From contig CM060732.1 in NCBI GenBank assembly GCA_030704615.1, positions 4,030,001 to 4,094,000 of the forward strand: 64,000 nucleotides of DNA. The letters run 5' to 3'. The translations under genes and the position numbers were made by a program. The notes below the pieces were generated by a model. That model did no database searches and had not been told where the DNA came from. It saw only the letters and a program-made list of their open reading frames with translations. Origin of the DNA: Takakia lepidozioides. Taxonomy: Eukaryota; Plantae; Bryophyta. Below, piece by piece: positions 24,490 through 37,779 of this stretch. Position 1 is the stretch's first letter, and each line of letters begins with the position of its first letter.

Positions 24490-27400
24490 ATGCCGCCTGA
24501 AGGGCGTGGCTCTCCTGAGAGACCTCACATCCAGACCGCGGCGGAAGTTGAAAGCTCTGTACTACGGACGACGGCCATCTCTCGCATGGCCAAACTGAAG
24601 CTCCAGCAGGAGATTCCAGTGTCTTGCTCACAACCCGCCAACTGAAGCCGAGTACTCTCAGGCAAGCCACTTCTGCTTTCGGTTTGTTCGATTTCTTTTT
24701 TGCTTTCGCTTTGTTACCTCGCTTTGTTTTTGCATCTTCATCCTGGCTTTGCTGGATGAGTGAACTTTAGATAGTTGAGTGAACCTTAGATTGTTTGCAA
24801 TGCGTGTGCAAATCCGGCAGCTCTGGAGAAGGCTGCTTGTGCATGTCATTCTTAGGCAATGGTTGCATTTGTTTTCATTGTTGTTGCATGGCTCTCCATA
24901 CTTCCTAAACTTGTTATGTTTTCATTTTTGCTACATGATTGTTGCTATGGTGGTTGCGCTGCTCGTTGCGATGCTGCTTTTTGCACGATGTTGGTTTTCA
25001 CGATTTTTGTCAATGACAGAGTGACGACGAGCCCGGCACGCTGGTGGTATCATCGACAGCTCCAACTCATCGCATGTTTGAATCGCCCAACTTGGGGCGA
25101 GAGGGCAAACTTAAACCTTTTGTTGGTGGACGGGAGGACTTGCAACGAGATACGACAGAATAGGCATTGGGGAGGTTGGTGCAGGCGGCATGGCAGGTGA
25201 AGGGCGTGAGGACATGAGGACAGCAGATCCGGCAATGGAGGTTGTTCATGCACATGCAGTAGGGCCCGCCCACGCAAAGAAAAAGAAGAAAGCTAAGCAC
25301 ATGCAATCCCCGGCGAGAGAGCAGTCACGGGCTGCGGAGGGGGGAGTGAGCAGTGCGCGCGAGGGTGTCAGTTCGCCTCAATCAAAGGTGGTCGTCCTGG
25401 AGGGCTCCCCTGCTGCTAGCCCTAGTAAGAAACAGAAAGCCCGTGAGAGGGCAAAAGAGAACAGAGAGACAGAATGCTAGCCAGGAGGAAAGAGAAAAGG
25501 CAGCTGAAGAGGCCGGGGTGCCCAAATGACAGATGCCAATGTAAGCGAGGGACCACAGAGACGGTGGATCCCTCAAGACACCACAGAGAGGCAGTAACAC
25601 ACCGGTTAGACCATCGCGGGCAAGAGCAGCCCCCCAATTACCCATACGGTGGAGAGTGGAGGAGAGGAAAGAACACCTGAAAGAGCACGGATTGTGCAAG
25701 TTTCGAGGTGAAGCCAGGGAGAGGGCAGTAGAGACGGAGAGTGCTGGAGGTGGTTTCGCAGGTGGCTGACCCTGTTGAGGAGGACGACATGGAGCTTTCT
25801 GACCAGGATGACATCCTCCGGACATCCCCAGGCCCCAAACCCGGAGCATACAGGCTGGATTTGGCGGTCCTGGTGGGCTGCCGGAAAACCCCTCTGCAGC
25901 AGACGTCATGTCTGAGGCGGATATGAAGTTGGCCGCTGCCAAGATGTTGGAGGCAACCCACAGCAACATGGCAGGTGCTGGGGGGCATGGTGTACCCGGC
26001 CAAGCTTCGAATTCCCCTTTGCCGCTTGGTGTCATTGCAGGTGGTGAGACCTGCCCTCCCAGGCGATATCGACAAGCTGAAATTCTCTTTCCGGGATGGA
26101 TATCGAATGGGGTCTGCCGCGTTTTACGTTTCCATTGAGAACGACCACGGAGCTTCCCGTGCCCACACTTCCGATGAGGTGGACAAATGGGGTCCCCATT
26201 GGCAAACGCGAAATGAGGAGTTCGAGATCGATTGCTAGTGATCCTCTTTTCCAGCACTTGTCCGGTAAGATGTTCTACGTGTGGGACGGCAATCATCGCC
26301 TCCTGGCATGGATGGAGCACATTGCCCAAGCCCACCCCAACGACCTCGATTGGCATTTCGCCGTGGATTGTGTTGTGCTGAAGGTTGCGGGGCCCAAAGA
26401 TCGCAGTCTTCTCAAAGCTGCAATGGCCGACATCAACTCGTAAGCTACAACCCCTCTCGCTTTTGACTTTGAATTTGGAAGTCATTTCATTGCGAATCCT
26501 CATATATGATGAAAATTCCCATTTCAGTATTGTTTGATGGAAATGTGGCACTGCAGGGTGACTGAGAATGCCTTCATTGCCACCAACTTGTCCCATATGC
26601 TCTTCCGAGTGAAGGATGTCGGGAAGCAGGGGGTGCAAGAGTTTGCCAATTCCCTCAGTGCCGACCTCCTGCGCAAGTCGGAGGCAAAGGCAGACAGAAC
26701 CTGGTATAGGCTGAGCGTCGACGCCATGGTGGACTACATATTTCGGGTAAAGCTCCTGACAGTTTTGTTGAGCTAATCTGTCTCTCCCTCCCCCAATAGA
26801 AGAAATTGTGTTGAGCAGGATCTCTAATCTTATGTGCGCATTCTTGACAGACGAAAATACAGCAGGATTTGGCACATGCGCGGAGGTTCTACATGGAGTC
26901 AGAGGAGAAGAATCCAACCCTCCCGGAACTCGAATCGTATGTCAAAGCTGCGGAGGTGAGGGCCCGCATAAAGTACAAGTCGCGGATGGTAAAGTACGTG
27001 GCCATAGCTGATCCCGCCCTTGGTGCCGACTTTCTGGTGGAGGTGGGGAAGCACTACTCTCGCGCTCTGAAGCCCACGATGACATTGGAGAAGCTCCATC
27101 GTCTAGCCACATCCTGTGTGGATGCAACAGAAAAGGTGATACATTCTTAACCAAATTGTGGTGGCAACAACTCCTTTTTGTGGTGTTTGGCGCTTACGAA
27201 TATGCTGGGTGGTTGGACAGACCCGGTGGCTCCAAATCTGGAATGGTTCCCAAAGTACCAGGGACATGTGGAGCTTCCCCAAACCGGACAAACTCTCTGA
27301 CCCCACATTCGACATGTGGATGAACCGCATGACATGGTGGTTTCAGGTACTTCCCCACGCTTCGTTTGGGGCTTCTACTCTAGTAGGGGGTGGATTCATT

Positions 27401-30400
27401 GTATTTTTTGAGGAAAGCGATCTGATGGAATCTCCACAGGTGACGACGAATGCGCAAGAGCAGCTGGACACACAAGCACATCAGTTCAAGATGGAGATAT
27501 CTCCTGCAGCAGAGAGCCTACGTGACTATGTGACGAGGTACTTTCTGCTCTACAAAAACTATTCTTTCGGGAGATAGATGCTCGCCGGAGCCACGAGTTC
27601 ACCGACCAGCCGAACGCGGACAAAGCAGCAATGCGCCTTCTGTACAGGTACATACGCGCTGCCTTTCTTTCAAGTCCTGGCATTTCAGGATGTTAGAGGC
27701 CTCAAGTGGTGTTAGGGAAAATGGCGCCGAATTTCCAGTCAGGGCTCCGAAAATGGCTAAGTCCCTAGACTGGCTGGCCCGGAACTGGAAATTCGGCGCC
27801 ATTTTCCAGTTCCGCCCTATTGCCGTTCAGGGACTTAGCCATTTTCGGGCTAAGTCCCTAGTGGCTGGCCCTGAATGGAAATTCGGCGCCATTTTCCAGT
27901 TAGGCCCTATTGCCGTTCAGGGACTTAGCCATTTTCGGGCTAAGTCCCTAGGGTGGCTGGCCCGAACTGGAAATTCGGCGCCGTTTTCCAGTTCTAGGCC
28001 CTATTGCCGTCCAGGGACTTAGCCATTTTCGGGCTAAGTCCCTAGACTGGCTGGCCCTGAACTGGAAATTCGGCGCCAGGCCCTATTGCCACTTAGCCAT
28101 TTTCGGGCTAAGTCCCTAGAAAATTCGGCGCCCCAGTTAGGCCCTATTGCCGTACTTAGCCATTTTCGGGCCGGCTGGCCCTCGGCGCCGGGCCCCGGGG
28201 CCATTAAAACTTTTCCAGTTCTAGGCCGAGGGACTTAGCCATTTAAGTCCGACGGCGCCATTTTCCAGTTCCCCTATACTTAGCCATTTTTTGGGTCCCT
28301 AGGGTTTTCGGCGCCATGGGGGACAGCATTTCAGGGACCTCATTGTGTTTTTCATGAATGCAGGTACTGCAAGTTCTCCCTTTTGGAGAAAGGTCATCTG
28401 TCTTTCGAGCCACCATTCTTCCTGGCATGGAGGAACCCTGGGGCTGACTCCATGTACACTGACGATATTGTGAAGGAGTGGCATTTGGAACATTTGCGTG
28501 ATTGCCCTTGGTATGTGGACCTTCCGCCCGGCTCGCTCGACCCATCCGAGTTTCAATTGAAGCTGGATGCTGAACGAAACCGAGCTCCGCTGCCTCCGTT
28601 GGGTGCAAAAGAGGCAAAAGCGCTTGCGAACTCCAGGAAAGCGGCAGAGCTTGCTCAGGCAGGAATTCAGGAGAAATTGCATGAGAAGAGTAAAGGTCAA
28701 AGGAAAAGGACAAGGAAACAGGTGACTGCAGTAACACCCAAAAAGAAGAAAACCATCGGGGCATCGGAGGAGGCGCAGGAGGGGACCCAAGAGAGTGACT
28801 CGGACGACGACTTTGTTCAAGGTCCTGCGACTATTGTTGCTCCTACCCAGTCACCGGTCGTCCGGGTTCCCAAGTCAGTTCGGAGTGGGACTGGCTCTGC
28901 CAAGAAGTTGGCATTTGAGGGCGAACCTACACGCCGGTATTCGGCGGTGACGTTTACGCACAGGCCAAAGCTAGAACCTCCAACCATCATCCAATGCGTC
29001 AATGAGAGCTTCCTTGACGCTCTCGCTGCCAGGGCGAAGAAGGTGGCACACAACAAGTCTCTGGCGGAGCAGAAGGGGAAAGCCAAGAAGAGGGCTGGCG
29101 GTATAGAGCCTAAAGACACCCCTGGTTTTGAAGCCATGATGGAATTCTTCACGGCTGTGAGCACGAATTGCAAGAGCACTCGGGGGGGGGGGGTTGAGGT
29201 GGAGAGAGCTTGCGACATGATTCTCCTTGACATTCCAGATGGGGAGCTGCTGGAGGGCCTGGATGGTGTGCCCACCTGGAACAGGTTTACTGAGGACTAC
29301 TGGAAAGCCGGGTTTGGGCTGGCGGGGATGCTTCTGGATGACGGTGGATGTGTGGTTGTCCTTGCCACGAGAGGGAAGACCACAGAGAATGCGGTGGCAA
29401 GGTGGACACCGAAAAGTGTCACCCCGGTCCTCCTCAGAAAATGGTTCTGCATCAGTACGCAGGGGTTGCGAACAGAGGGCCAAAGTGTAAGTTATCAATC
29501 TATTGCATTCACTTCATATTGTGGTGTATGTTAAGTAGACCCTGGAATTGATCCCTTCTTTGTTGGATGTGCAGACATTGGTGTTTGAGGCATATTGCTT
29601 TGTGAAGAGAGGGTCTACGTTCAAATTCCGCAACGACGGTCGTCTTGTTGGTGCCGTTGTGGACCCTGTAACCTACGATGTCCTCTATAAACTATGTGCC
29701 CCACTCTAGTATGCCGAAGGACACAAAGACAGGCAAACCGTGGCGGTACAGCCAGACCCGGAGCCCTGCTTTCATCCAAACCCTCATGGAGACGTGCTCG
29801 GATGTCCAAGGGCGGATTTTGGACCTCACATGCGGCACGGGTAAGCCTTCACGTGCTCAGTTTGTCCCCTGGCCCGATTGCAATTGCATGCCGCAAGCTA
29901 TTAACCGCCCGCTTTGTTCCTCAGGTGCTTCAATGTGGGCAGGGACGTTGTCCGACAGGCATGTGTTCGCCTTCGAGCCAGATACTGCCCTCCACAACTC
30001 GGAACTTGCAGCGGCTGAACGTCTGCCGAAAGAGGAAGAGGGCCTCGGAGGATGAGGAAAAATCCGAGAAGGAGCAGGGGGAGGAAGTTGGGATCGAGGC
30101 CGAGGAGCCCCGGTTTACGAGTGAGTGGTGGCATTGTAAGTTGCCTCCAGATTTCGTGAGGCACCTCCCTCCGCTCTCTTATTTCATTGAAAACCCTTTC
30201 TGGTTGTGCTGGTATTGACATTCTTGAAGTGGATTTGTTCTTACTGTAGGATGCCAAGTACTGCCGGAGGGACGTCTACACCAGAGTTCATGGGCAGGAG
30301 GAACGTGCTTTTTTTTGTCAGGGGGGATTTCATGCCTAGTCCAGAAAGGGAGTACATCCTTCCTACTTATGCTGCCCGGCTTGCTTCGGTGTCCATTAGG

Positions 30401-30700
30401 AGGTGTTCTGAACATAGTCGTGTACAACAGATTTTAGACGAGGCAAGCCTCAAGAAAATGAAGATGAGGGAGGAGGCAGCAGCTATTAGAGCCCGTCGGG
30501 CTCGTAGATTTGTGTTGGATTCTGCTGAGGAAAGTGGGGGAGAAGACGTAGAAGATTCCCAGGAGGTGAGGTGGACAGTCCCCCAAGGAGAGGACGGGAT
30601 TTTTGAGAGGCATAGTGGAACTGATGCATCACAGAGCTCCGAGGACGAGGGGGATGAGGAAGAAGGTGGGGCAAGTTCCTCGGAGGGTGTAGGAGAGTAG
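24490..30700 (+). pseudogene. Multi-exon ParB-like + amino-methyltransferase-like gene, copy C (divergent, frameshifted)
   Basis: KMFYVWDGNHRLLAW (~26270), CDMILLDIPDG (~29210), RSPAFIQTLMETCSDVQGRILDLTCGT|GASMWAG. Intron positions are shared with A and E. Confidence 0.8.
27715..28320. repeat. Intronic ~100-bp tandem array in the C gene with two dyad motifs
   Basis: Units contain GGAAATTCGGCGCCATTTTCC and the hairpin GGGACTTAGCC-atttt-cGGGCTAAGTCCC. Confidence 0.85.
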
Positions 30701-30945
30701 TGCCCATTCCGGCTATGACAGTTAGAACACACTTGTATAGTGGCTTGCCACAAAATTTGCAATAAAATGTTGCATTTCAAGTCCACTGGTGCCACATTCC
30801 AACTTCACATGACCCTATTTCCATGCCTCCTAACCCTATTTCTGTGGACTCACAATGGTCTGCTCATGCTTTTTTTTTTTCCGCTCATGCTCATGCCGCT
30901 CATGAAATAGCAGCCCCCAAGGCAAGCATGGAGGGCAGCTGGGAC

Positions 30946-33105
30946 GGAAATACGGCACCGCATTTCCGTCCCCATTCTCAGGAAGGTAAGGCTGGATGGC
31001 TCGATTTGCGGCCATCCTATCATGAAGAAAAGGTTGTTTGGCAAGTTCGACGGGAATGCGGTGCCGCACTTCCGTTTCACTGTCCTGTCTGCCAAAGTAA
31101 GTGGTAGCGGGCCTGGAATGCGGCACTGCAATTCCGTCGAAGCTGTCATTAAGAAAACGTACAATGACAGTTCGGACGGAAATGCGGCGCCGCATTTCCC
31201 TTCAACTGCCAAGTACGCAAACTGAAGTGGTCTTCTGGACGGAAATGCGGCACCGCATTTCCGTCCCACCAGAAAGGAAGGGATGGTCCACTATCAGTCC
31301 GGACGGAAATACAGTGGCGCGTTTCCGTCCAAACTCTCGGGAAAGCAATGTTTGGACGGGAATGCGGCACCGCATTTCCATCCGACCACCTGTTCAGGGA
31401 TCGTACAGTTGGAGCCCAGACGGAAATGCGGCACCGCATTTCCGTCCCACCAGGTATTAAGGGATGCTTAGGTGTCAGTCCGGACGGAAATGCGGCACCG
31501 GATTATCATCCCACCATGTATCAAGGATACTTAGGTGTCAGTTAGGACGGAAATGCGGCACCGCATTTCCATCCACAATGGTAGAAAGGCATGGTGCAGT
31601 GGACCCCAAACGGAAATGCGGCGCCGCATTTCCGTCCCACCAGGTGTTAAGGGATGCTTAGGTGTCAGTCTGGACGAAAATGCGGTAACGCATTTCCGTC
31701 TAGACTGTTAAAAATGCATGGTGGAATGGGAGCCTGGACGGAAATGCGGCACCGGATTATCATCCCACCATGTATCAAGGATGCTTAGGTGTCAGTTAGG
31801 ACAGAAATGCGACACCGCATTTCCATCCACAATGGTAGGAAGGCATGGTCCAGTGGGAACCCGGATGGAAATGCGGGGCCGCATTTCCGTCCCACCAGGT
31901 ATAAAGTGATCGGTAGGTGTCAGTCCGGACAAAAATGCGGCAGCGCATTTCCGTCGCCAGGTTCATCCCGCCCACCTCTTTTCCCCAAATGATGATCATC
32001 GTGCAAAGGGGGATGCGAGTCGGGACGGAAATGCGGTGCCACATTTCCGTCTCGACTGCCATCCACCCGTGCTCTTTGAAAGTCGTTTGACAGTGTTTTT
32101 TTTTTATTTCCCTCTAGTCATCCCCGTTGGATGGGAATTGCGGCGCCGCATTTTCAACCACAGGGGGGTAGGGGGGAAATAACCCCTGATTGTTTTTCCT
32201 CTAGTCACCGCCGCTGAATTGAAATGCGGTGCCGCATTTCCAACAACAGAGGGTGGGGGGGGGGGGGGGGGAAGCAACCCTAACTTTAACCGTAAAAAAA
32301 ATTATTTTCTCTTCTCATCGCCGCTGGATTGAAATGCGGCGCCGCATTTCGGCCTATAGGGGGTAGGGAAAAAAAAACCCAAAAAAGTTGTTTTCCTTGT
32401 TTTTCTAGCTCTACCCGTTGGATGGAAATGCGGTGCCGCATTTCTGACCACAAGGGGTGGCGGAAAAAAAAACCAGAACCCTAATTTATTTTTTTCTATA
32501 ATCATCGTCGTTGGATAGAAATGCGGCGCCGCATTTCGAGAAGGCAATGGGTGTATGGCAGGTGGGACGGAAATGCGGTGCCGCATTTCCGTCCCACTGT
32601 CATGGAGGCAAGGGTAACTGGTAGTGGCGACTGAAATGCGGCACCGCATTTCCGTCCCACTGTTATGGAGGCAAGGGTAATTGGTAGTGGGGACGGCCGA
32701 AATGCGGCACCACATTTGCGTCCCCACTATTATGAATGCAAGGTCTTCTGGCAGTCCGGACGGAAATGCGGCACCGCATTTCCGTCCCCACTGTAGTGAA
32801 GGCAAGGTCCTATGGAAGTCCGGACGGAAATGCGGCATTTCCGTCCGTCCCCACTGTAATGATGGCAAGGTCCAATGGCAGTCCGGACGTAAATGCGGCA
32901 CCGCATTTCCGTCCCCAATGTCATGAAGGAAGGGTCTGAGGGCAGTCTGGACGGAAATGCGAAACCGATTTTCCGTCCACACTGTCATGAAGGCAAGGTC
33001 TAATGGCAGTCCGGACGGAAATGCGGCACCGCATTTCCGTCCCCTCTGTCATGAAGGCAAGGGTGTATGGCTGTCCAAATGGATATGCGGTGCGGCATTT
33101 ATGTC
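30946..33105. repeat. Palindrome array of B with a 63-64 bp period
   Basis: Starts 31358, 31422, 31486, 31549, 31612, 31676, 31740, 31803, 31867, 31931; and 32762, 32826, 32889, 32953, 33017, 33081. Confidence 0.9.
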
Positions 33106-33373
33106 CCACTGTCATGAAGGCAACGGTAAGTGGTAGTGGGGACGACCGTCCCCACCGCAAGCTCGAATGGCAGTCCGCCCACCTCATTTCCCCAAAATCC
33201 GCTGAAGGGGTACATGTTGATGGCAACCTGGACGAAAATGCATCGTTGGAGTTCCGTCCCCTTGACATCCACCCATACTCGCTCCTCGGTGGATCAAATT
33301 CGGTGTCAGTCTGCGGCATCCCATATGAGGCAAGTGTTCTACAATTCGAGTGATACACAACAACATTGTGGAT

Positions 33374-34125
33374 AGATGATAAGAAGGAACCCAGTTGGGG
33401 CTGTCTCTGCTCCTACTTTCACGGGAAGATTTGTCCATGCAAAGTTTGCGGAGGCGACGACGACTCAGTTCTGGTTCTGTAGGCATGACATTATGACTCG
33501 TGTCTATGGAAAGCCCAAGTACGGCATACAAGCAATGCCAGAGGCTCCCCCGGTGTGGCCGGTGGAACCAGGATACAATATAAGTCAGGTTGAGGCCGAC
33601 GCCCTTACTGCAGCAGAATTTTGAATGGTGCAGCGCACTGACGTCCCCGGACAACCATTTCCGGTTCCACAGCCTCCACCACCGACCCCTATGAGAGCAA
33701 GAACAAACGTACGTGACAACTCTAAGCATCCTACACACCGTTGGGGGAAACCGAAGAGACGGCGACCTCCCTCAAAAGTGAACGAGACAAGGATGGGGAA
33801 TGCACTTGGGATGAACTATACAATCGAGAGCTCAACAGAAGTGCCCCCATCAGGCTTCGGGCGTGTGTATCAGATGGCCACGGCAGGCTCAGTTGTCCGT
33901 AATGAGGTGTACACCATCACCATTTCAGAATTACCCACCTGCAATTGCACCGACTTCCAGATCATGGCGAAGAAGGGGGCATCATACTGCCCTTGCAAGC
34001 ATCTGTACTACGTGTACCTAAAGAGACTCCGGTGTAATTCCACAACTCATCACTTCATACATGCACCAGCGTTGAGCCCTGACGAGATGTACACTCTTCT
34101 GAATATGGATCCAGGGGACCAGTGA
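33374..34125 (+). pseudogene. 3' fragment (SWIM region) of the B transposase
   Basis: Near-identical to E 53312-54064 (PTCNCTDF...CPCKHLYYV). In-frame TGA at 33622-33624. The 5' part is deleted. Confidence 0.85.
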
Positions 34126-35661
34126 GCTTGGCTTGCGGGGCACAAGACAATGTTACGCCCATCCTTTTCGGAGTTTCAGTTATAGTAGAACTGTACTGCT
34201 GCAAGTACCTCTAACTTTGGCAACAGAAAGGTTTGACTTATGTCTTGTCTACCAGTAACCTATTTTGGTCAAACTAAGATAATACTATGCCATTACCTTC
34301 TGTTTCCACGTGCCTGGATTTATGTTTTTTTTGGGGGTTCTTGTTTTTCTGCTCTCCCAAACTTTGCTTACCTCATTTGACCCGGGCAAGGAAATGCAGC
34401 ACCGCATTTCCAAGTAACGTAGTAGGTACTGGTAGTTGCAGCCTTGGTCATAGTAAGATAATCGCACCGAGTCTTCAGGGCGCCAACCGTCGAGAACACT
34501 GAACTCCTCAGAATTCTCGCACGTGCGAACCGTAATGCGGCACCGCATTTCCCAGTGGAGTGGCAAACCTTTCCCGTAGAATGCAGGAAGAAGCAAGAAT
34601 TTTCAAGCACTGCAGACTATGTTGTTGCATGGGGATCATACAATCGTGACACTTCATTCCAATGTTAGGGCATATAAAACCGCGGAATACTCTATACACG
34701 CTAGTATGCAACGTCCTTTTGCCGTGGTATACTGGATTTCTCATTGCACTGTCAGTTTTTTCCATGAGCAGATTTACAAAACCATGAGCGGAATTGTTAC
34801 TCACGACATATCTTCGCCGCATTATAGGATCTGGAACTTCCAAAAACGGCAATGTCAAATAAAAAACTATTGTTTTAATACTTTTTTAATCTGCCGCATT
34901 TCCAAATTTGGGGAAGTCCGCTCATGAAAACCGCGTGTCTTAAACTTCGGCTCACCGCTCATGCGGCTCATGGCTCATGGCTCATGGCTCATGGTTTCTG
35001 CTCGTGAAATAGTAAATCTCGCTGGTATGAAATGTTTATGATACTAGTCCAACACTGGTATGTACAAGTGTTTTTCCGCTATCGAGCTGCATCTTAGATA
35101 GACTTACTAAGCCTCCACCCCACATTTTTTTGTTGTACGCGTAGAACTACCGTACTTGCCCATGCTATTCGTCGAGGCTGTGCCGGAATAATTAATATTT
35201 TGTGAAGGAGAGGTTCGGCAGTCTTTCTGGAATTTCTACAGTTCCGGAAGTTATCATGATATATATAAAATAAAAGTCAAAATGTGCCATATGTGTGTGA
35301 GTAGCTCAGTGGTAGCAGCAAGTTATTGCAGGAGTAGGTTTGGAGTTTGAATCGCTGGAAATTTTGGCACAGGAAGAGTAATAATTAAAACATTACTTCT
35401 TTTGGTTTGATTATTGTCGGACTGTGTAGGCAGGTACGGTAGTGAATGATTTGATTAGAGAGAGGGGGAAGAGGACTTTTTGCCAAAGCCGAAGTCGCCA
35501 AGTACCCCGTTCATCCAGCTACCCCTTTTTTAATAGTTGGGTTGGCTATCGATGACATCCAGCATGCACCTATGTGGCTTTGAACCCACGGCCACTTGGT
35601 AGACGCAAAGTGTTAGATTAAGAAAAAATGGTTGACTCTTGTCAAAGTGAACACAAGAGTA

Positions 35662-35833
35662 TAACGCCTCCCGAAAGAAGTGTAAATTATGGTGTTTCTT
35701 TGGCCCCAAGGCCTACTACTGCCTTCCGACAGGAAGGGTGGATACCTTTGTGACATGAGTCGATGGATTGAACCCCCAACCACTTCCGAGGTGGTATGTG
35801 CGCCCCACTACAAGTGAGTCACAACTTTTTGTC
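35662..35833 (-). mobile_element. Degenerate SINE copy
   Basis: Alignable by eye to 35879-36042 and 14551-14694 (acgcctcccga...ctgccttcc...ttgaaccc...gtggtatgtgc). Confidence 0.65.
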
Positions 35834-35850
35834 AAAGCAAACTAGGGCTA

Positions 35851-36042
35851 ATAATATTAATAATGATATTTAATATTTGACGCCTCCCGAAGGAAGCGTA
35901 AATTATGGTGTCTCTTCATCCCGAAGGGTTACTGCCTTCCGCTAGAAAGGTGGACACCTTTGTGACACCAAAGGTAGATTGAACCCACAACCACTTCCGA
36001 GGTGGTATGTGCCCATTACCACTGGGCTACAACTTGGTTGTC
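35851..36042 (-). mobile_element. tRNA-derived SINE
   Basis: A-box TAGCCCAGTGG, B-box GGTTCAATCT, AT-rich tail 35851-35878. 11-bp TSD aactagggcta (35840-35850 / 36043-36053). Confidence 0.85.
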
Positions 36043-37081
36043 AACTAGGGCTACGTATTGCTCCACGCCCTAGTGACAACTAGGGCTTCGCGTTGCTCCG
36101 CACTACTAGCGACGAATTCTGAGAACAAAGATTCTTTTGATTGAATATATATACTATGCGAGAAACATTAGGAACAATGCAAAAGTATAACATAGGCATA
36201 TGATCTTATGGTACTTTGTCCAGATTTAGGCGATCTCTTGTCCTTGATCCATTGTTCATTTTGGACCTCTTCACCTTCTCTATGTAAAGTTTTATGGGCT
36301 TCTTTAAAAACAAATTAAAATACAATGGCTGCCACCATCTGCCTGTAACCTTGCCTTCTCAGTCTTTATGTAGGGGAAATGGTACTAGCTGATTATGAAA
36401 TGCTAAATGTGAATTAATAGTCATCCATTTTGGTAGAAGCTATCTAGGCTTCACTCTCACCTCCATGTAAGCTATGTGCAAGTTTCCAAGTCTGAAATTT
36501 AACATGCCCATGTTTTCTAGTACTTAGGGTGTGGTGAAATCCTTCATCGCTTTGCAATTCATCCAGGACGCAGGGCTTGGCAAAGATGATTTTTTCTCAA
36601 GCTAACTAAGTTTGGTGGTTTATAGCATCATTTAATTCGAGCTGATATGTCCCAATTATCTTTGAATTGTGGCTATTAGTTCTCGCTAAATAAGTGACAT
36701 AATAACATTGTTCAGACGCCCGATGAGAGGAAATCCAGCTAGGACTGGTCAAACATGCTTCCAGTAGCCAATTTCTGACTAAATTATTATAGTGGCTGAT
36801 CCTAATTGTTTTAACTGTTCTGTAGTGTAGTGAGTAATTGGCAGTTTATGGAAGTTCAAAACTAATGGAAACTTGGTGGTGATCAATGCAAAAGAGCTAC
36901 CTTATGGATAATACCCTACCTTCATAGAGACGTATGCTGTCAGGGATCCTTGGTAAGATAATGTGTTAAGGGAAAGGTTGATACAAGTGCATTGCGGGAA
37001 CTTGGCTCTTCAAGTGCTGGCCCATGAAGTATGTTGATTGGCAGTAGCATTTAACATACCCAAAAGTGCCCATCAAATGCA

Positions 37082-37465
37082 TTGTTACATAATGGCTCTG
37101 GCCTTCATGCATGGAGTACAATGATCGTGGGGTATGGTCACCAAGGGTGTGGCAGGGAGGCGCTCGAACTTTTTGAACAAATGAAACAGGAAGGCTTGAA
37201 GCCGGATGGTGTCACCTTGATGTGTGTCATCTCTGTATGTAGTCATATGGGCCTGGTGGATGAAGGCACTCACTACTTCGGTTCCATGAGTGGGAATCAT
37301 GGCGTCATTCCTACAGTGGAACATTTTGGATGCATGGTGGACCTTCTTGGACGTGCCGGACGATTGGATCAGGCAGAGGACTTAATTAACAAAATGCCAA
37401 TTGAACCAGATGTTGGGGTTTGGGGCGCAATTGCCTTTGTTCCTGCAGAACTCATGGTAACGTAG
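37082..37465 (+). pseudogene. PLS-class PPR protein fragment (last PPR motifs plus start of the E domain)
   Basis: AWSTMIVGYGHQGCGREALELFEQMKQEGLKPDGVT...CSHMGLVDEG...HFGCMVDLLGRAGRLDQAEDLINKMPIEPDVGVWGA, followed by a frameshift. Confidence 0.85.
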
Positions 37466-37779
37466 AGATAGCAGAACGCGCAGCATAATGCCTATTAAAG
37501 TCGGACATTGATCATGGCAGCCACCCAGTTCTTCCACTCTGTAGTAAAGATGAGAGGCCTACCCAATCAATGTAAATTGTTGTGTACAGTTTTACCAATC
37601 GACCTGATACCAATACTTATGGTGCTACCCAAATCTGAGATATTTTCAAGGCAGCCTAATCACTCTTGGAAGATATATTGTTGGGTGTATGGTCACACCT
37701 CATGTTTATCTGCCATCTGTGCAAAAACATCTGTGGGACGGGGAAACCGTACACTTACTACATATGAACGGTGAGCTGG

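Larger units (their letters stand above)
18591..30918 (-). mobile_element. MULE copy C, divergent subfamily, nested in B
   Basis: Ends gaggtttgctatttcatgagc... and ...gctcatgaaatagcagccccc. Perfect 8-bp TSD aaggcaag (18583-18590 / 30919-30926). Confidence 0.92.
16289..35020 (+). mobile_element. MULE copy B (decayed, internally deleted), interrupted by element C
   Basis: Left end gggggctgctatttcatgagcc, right end gctcgtgaaatagtaaatctc. TSD gctggtacg (16280-16288) / gctggtatg (35021-35029), with one CpG transition. Confidence 0.85.

Noticed and set aside
25382-26917. Long antisense ORFs (also 44021-45202, 21651-22445, 52789-53466)
   Set aside because: Shadows of GC-rich coding exons on the opposite strand, with no motifs of their own.
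35295-35360. tRNA gene (tagctcagtgg ... gtttgaatc)
   Set aside because: A/B-box-like motifs only, with no convincing cloverleaf; at most a SINE or tRNA relic.
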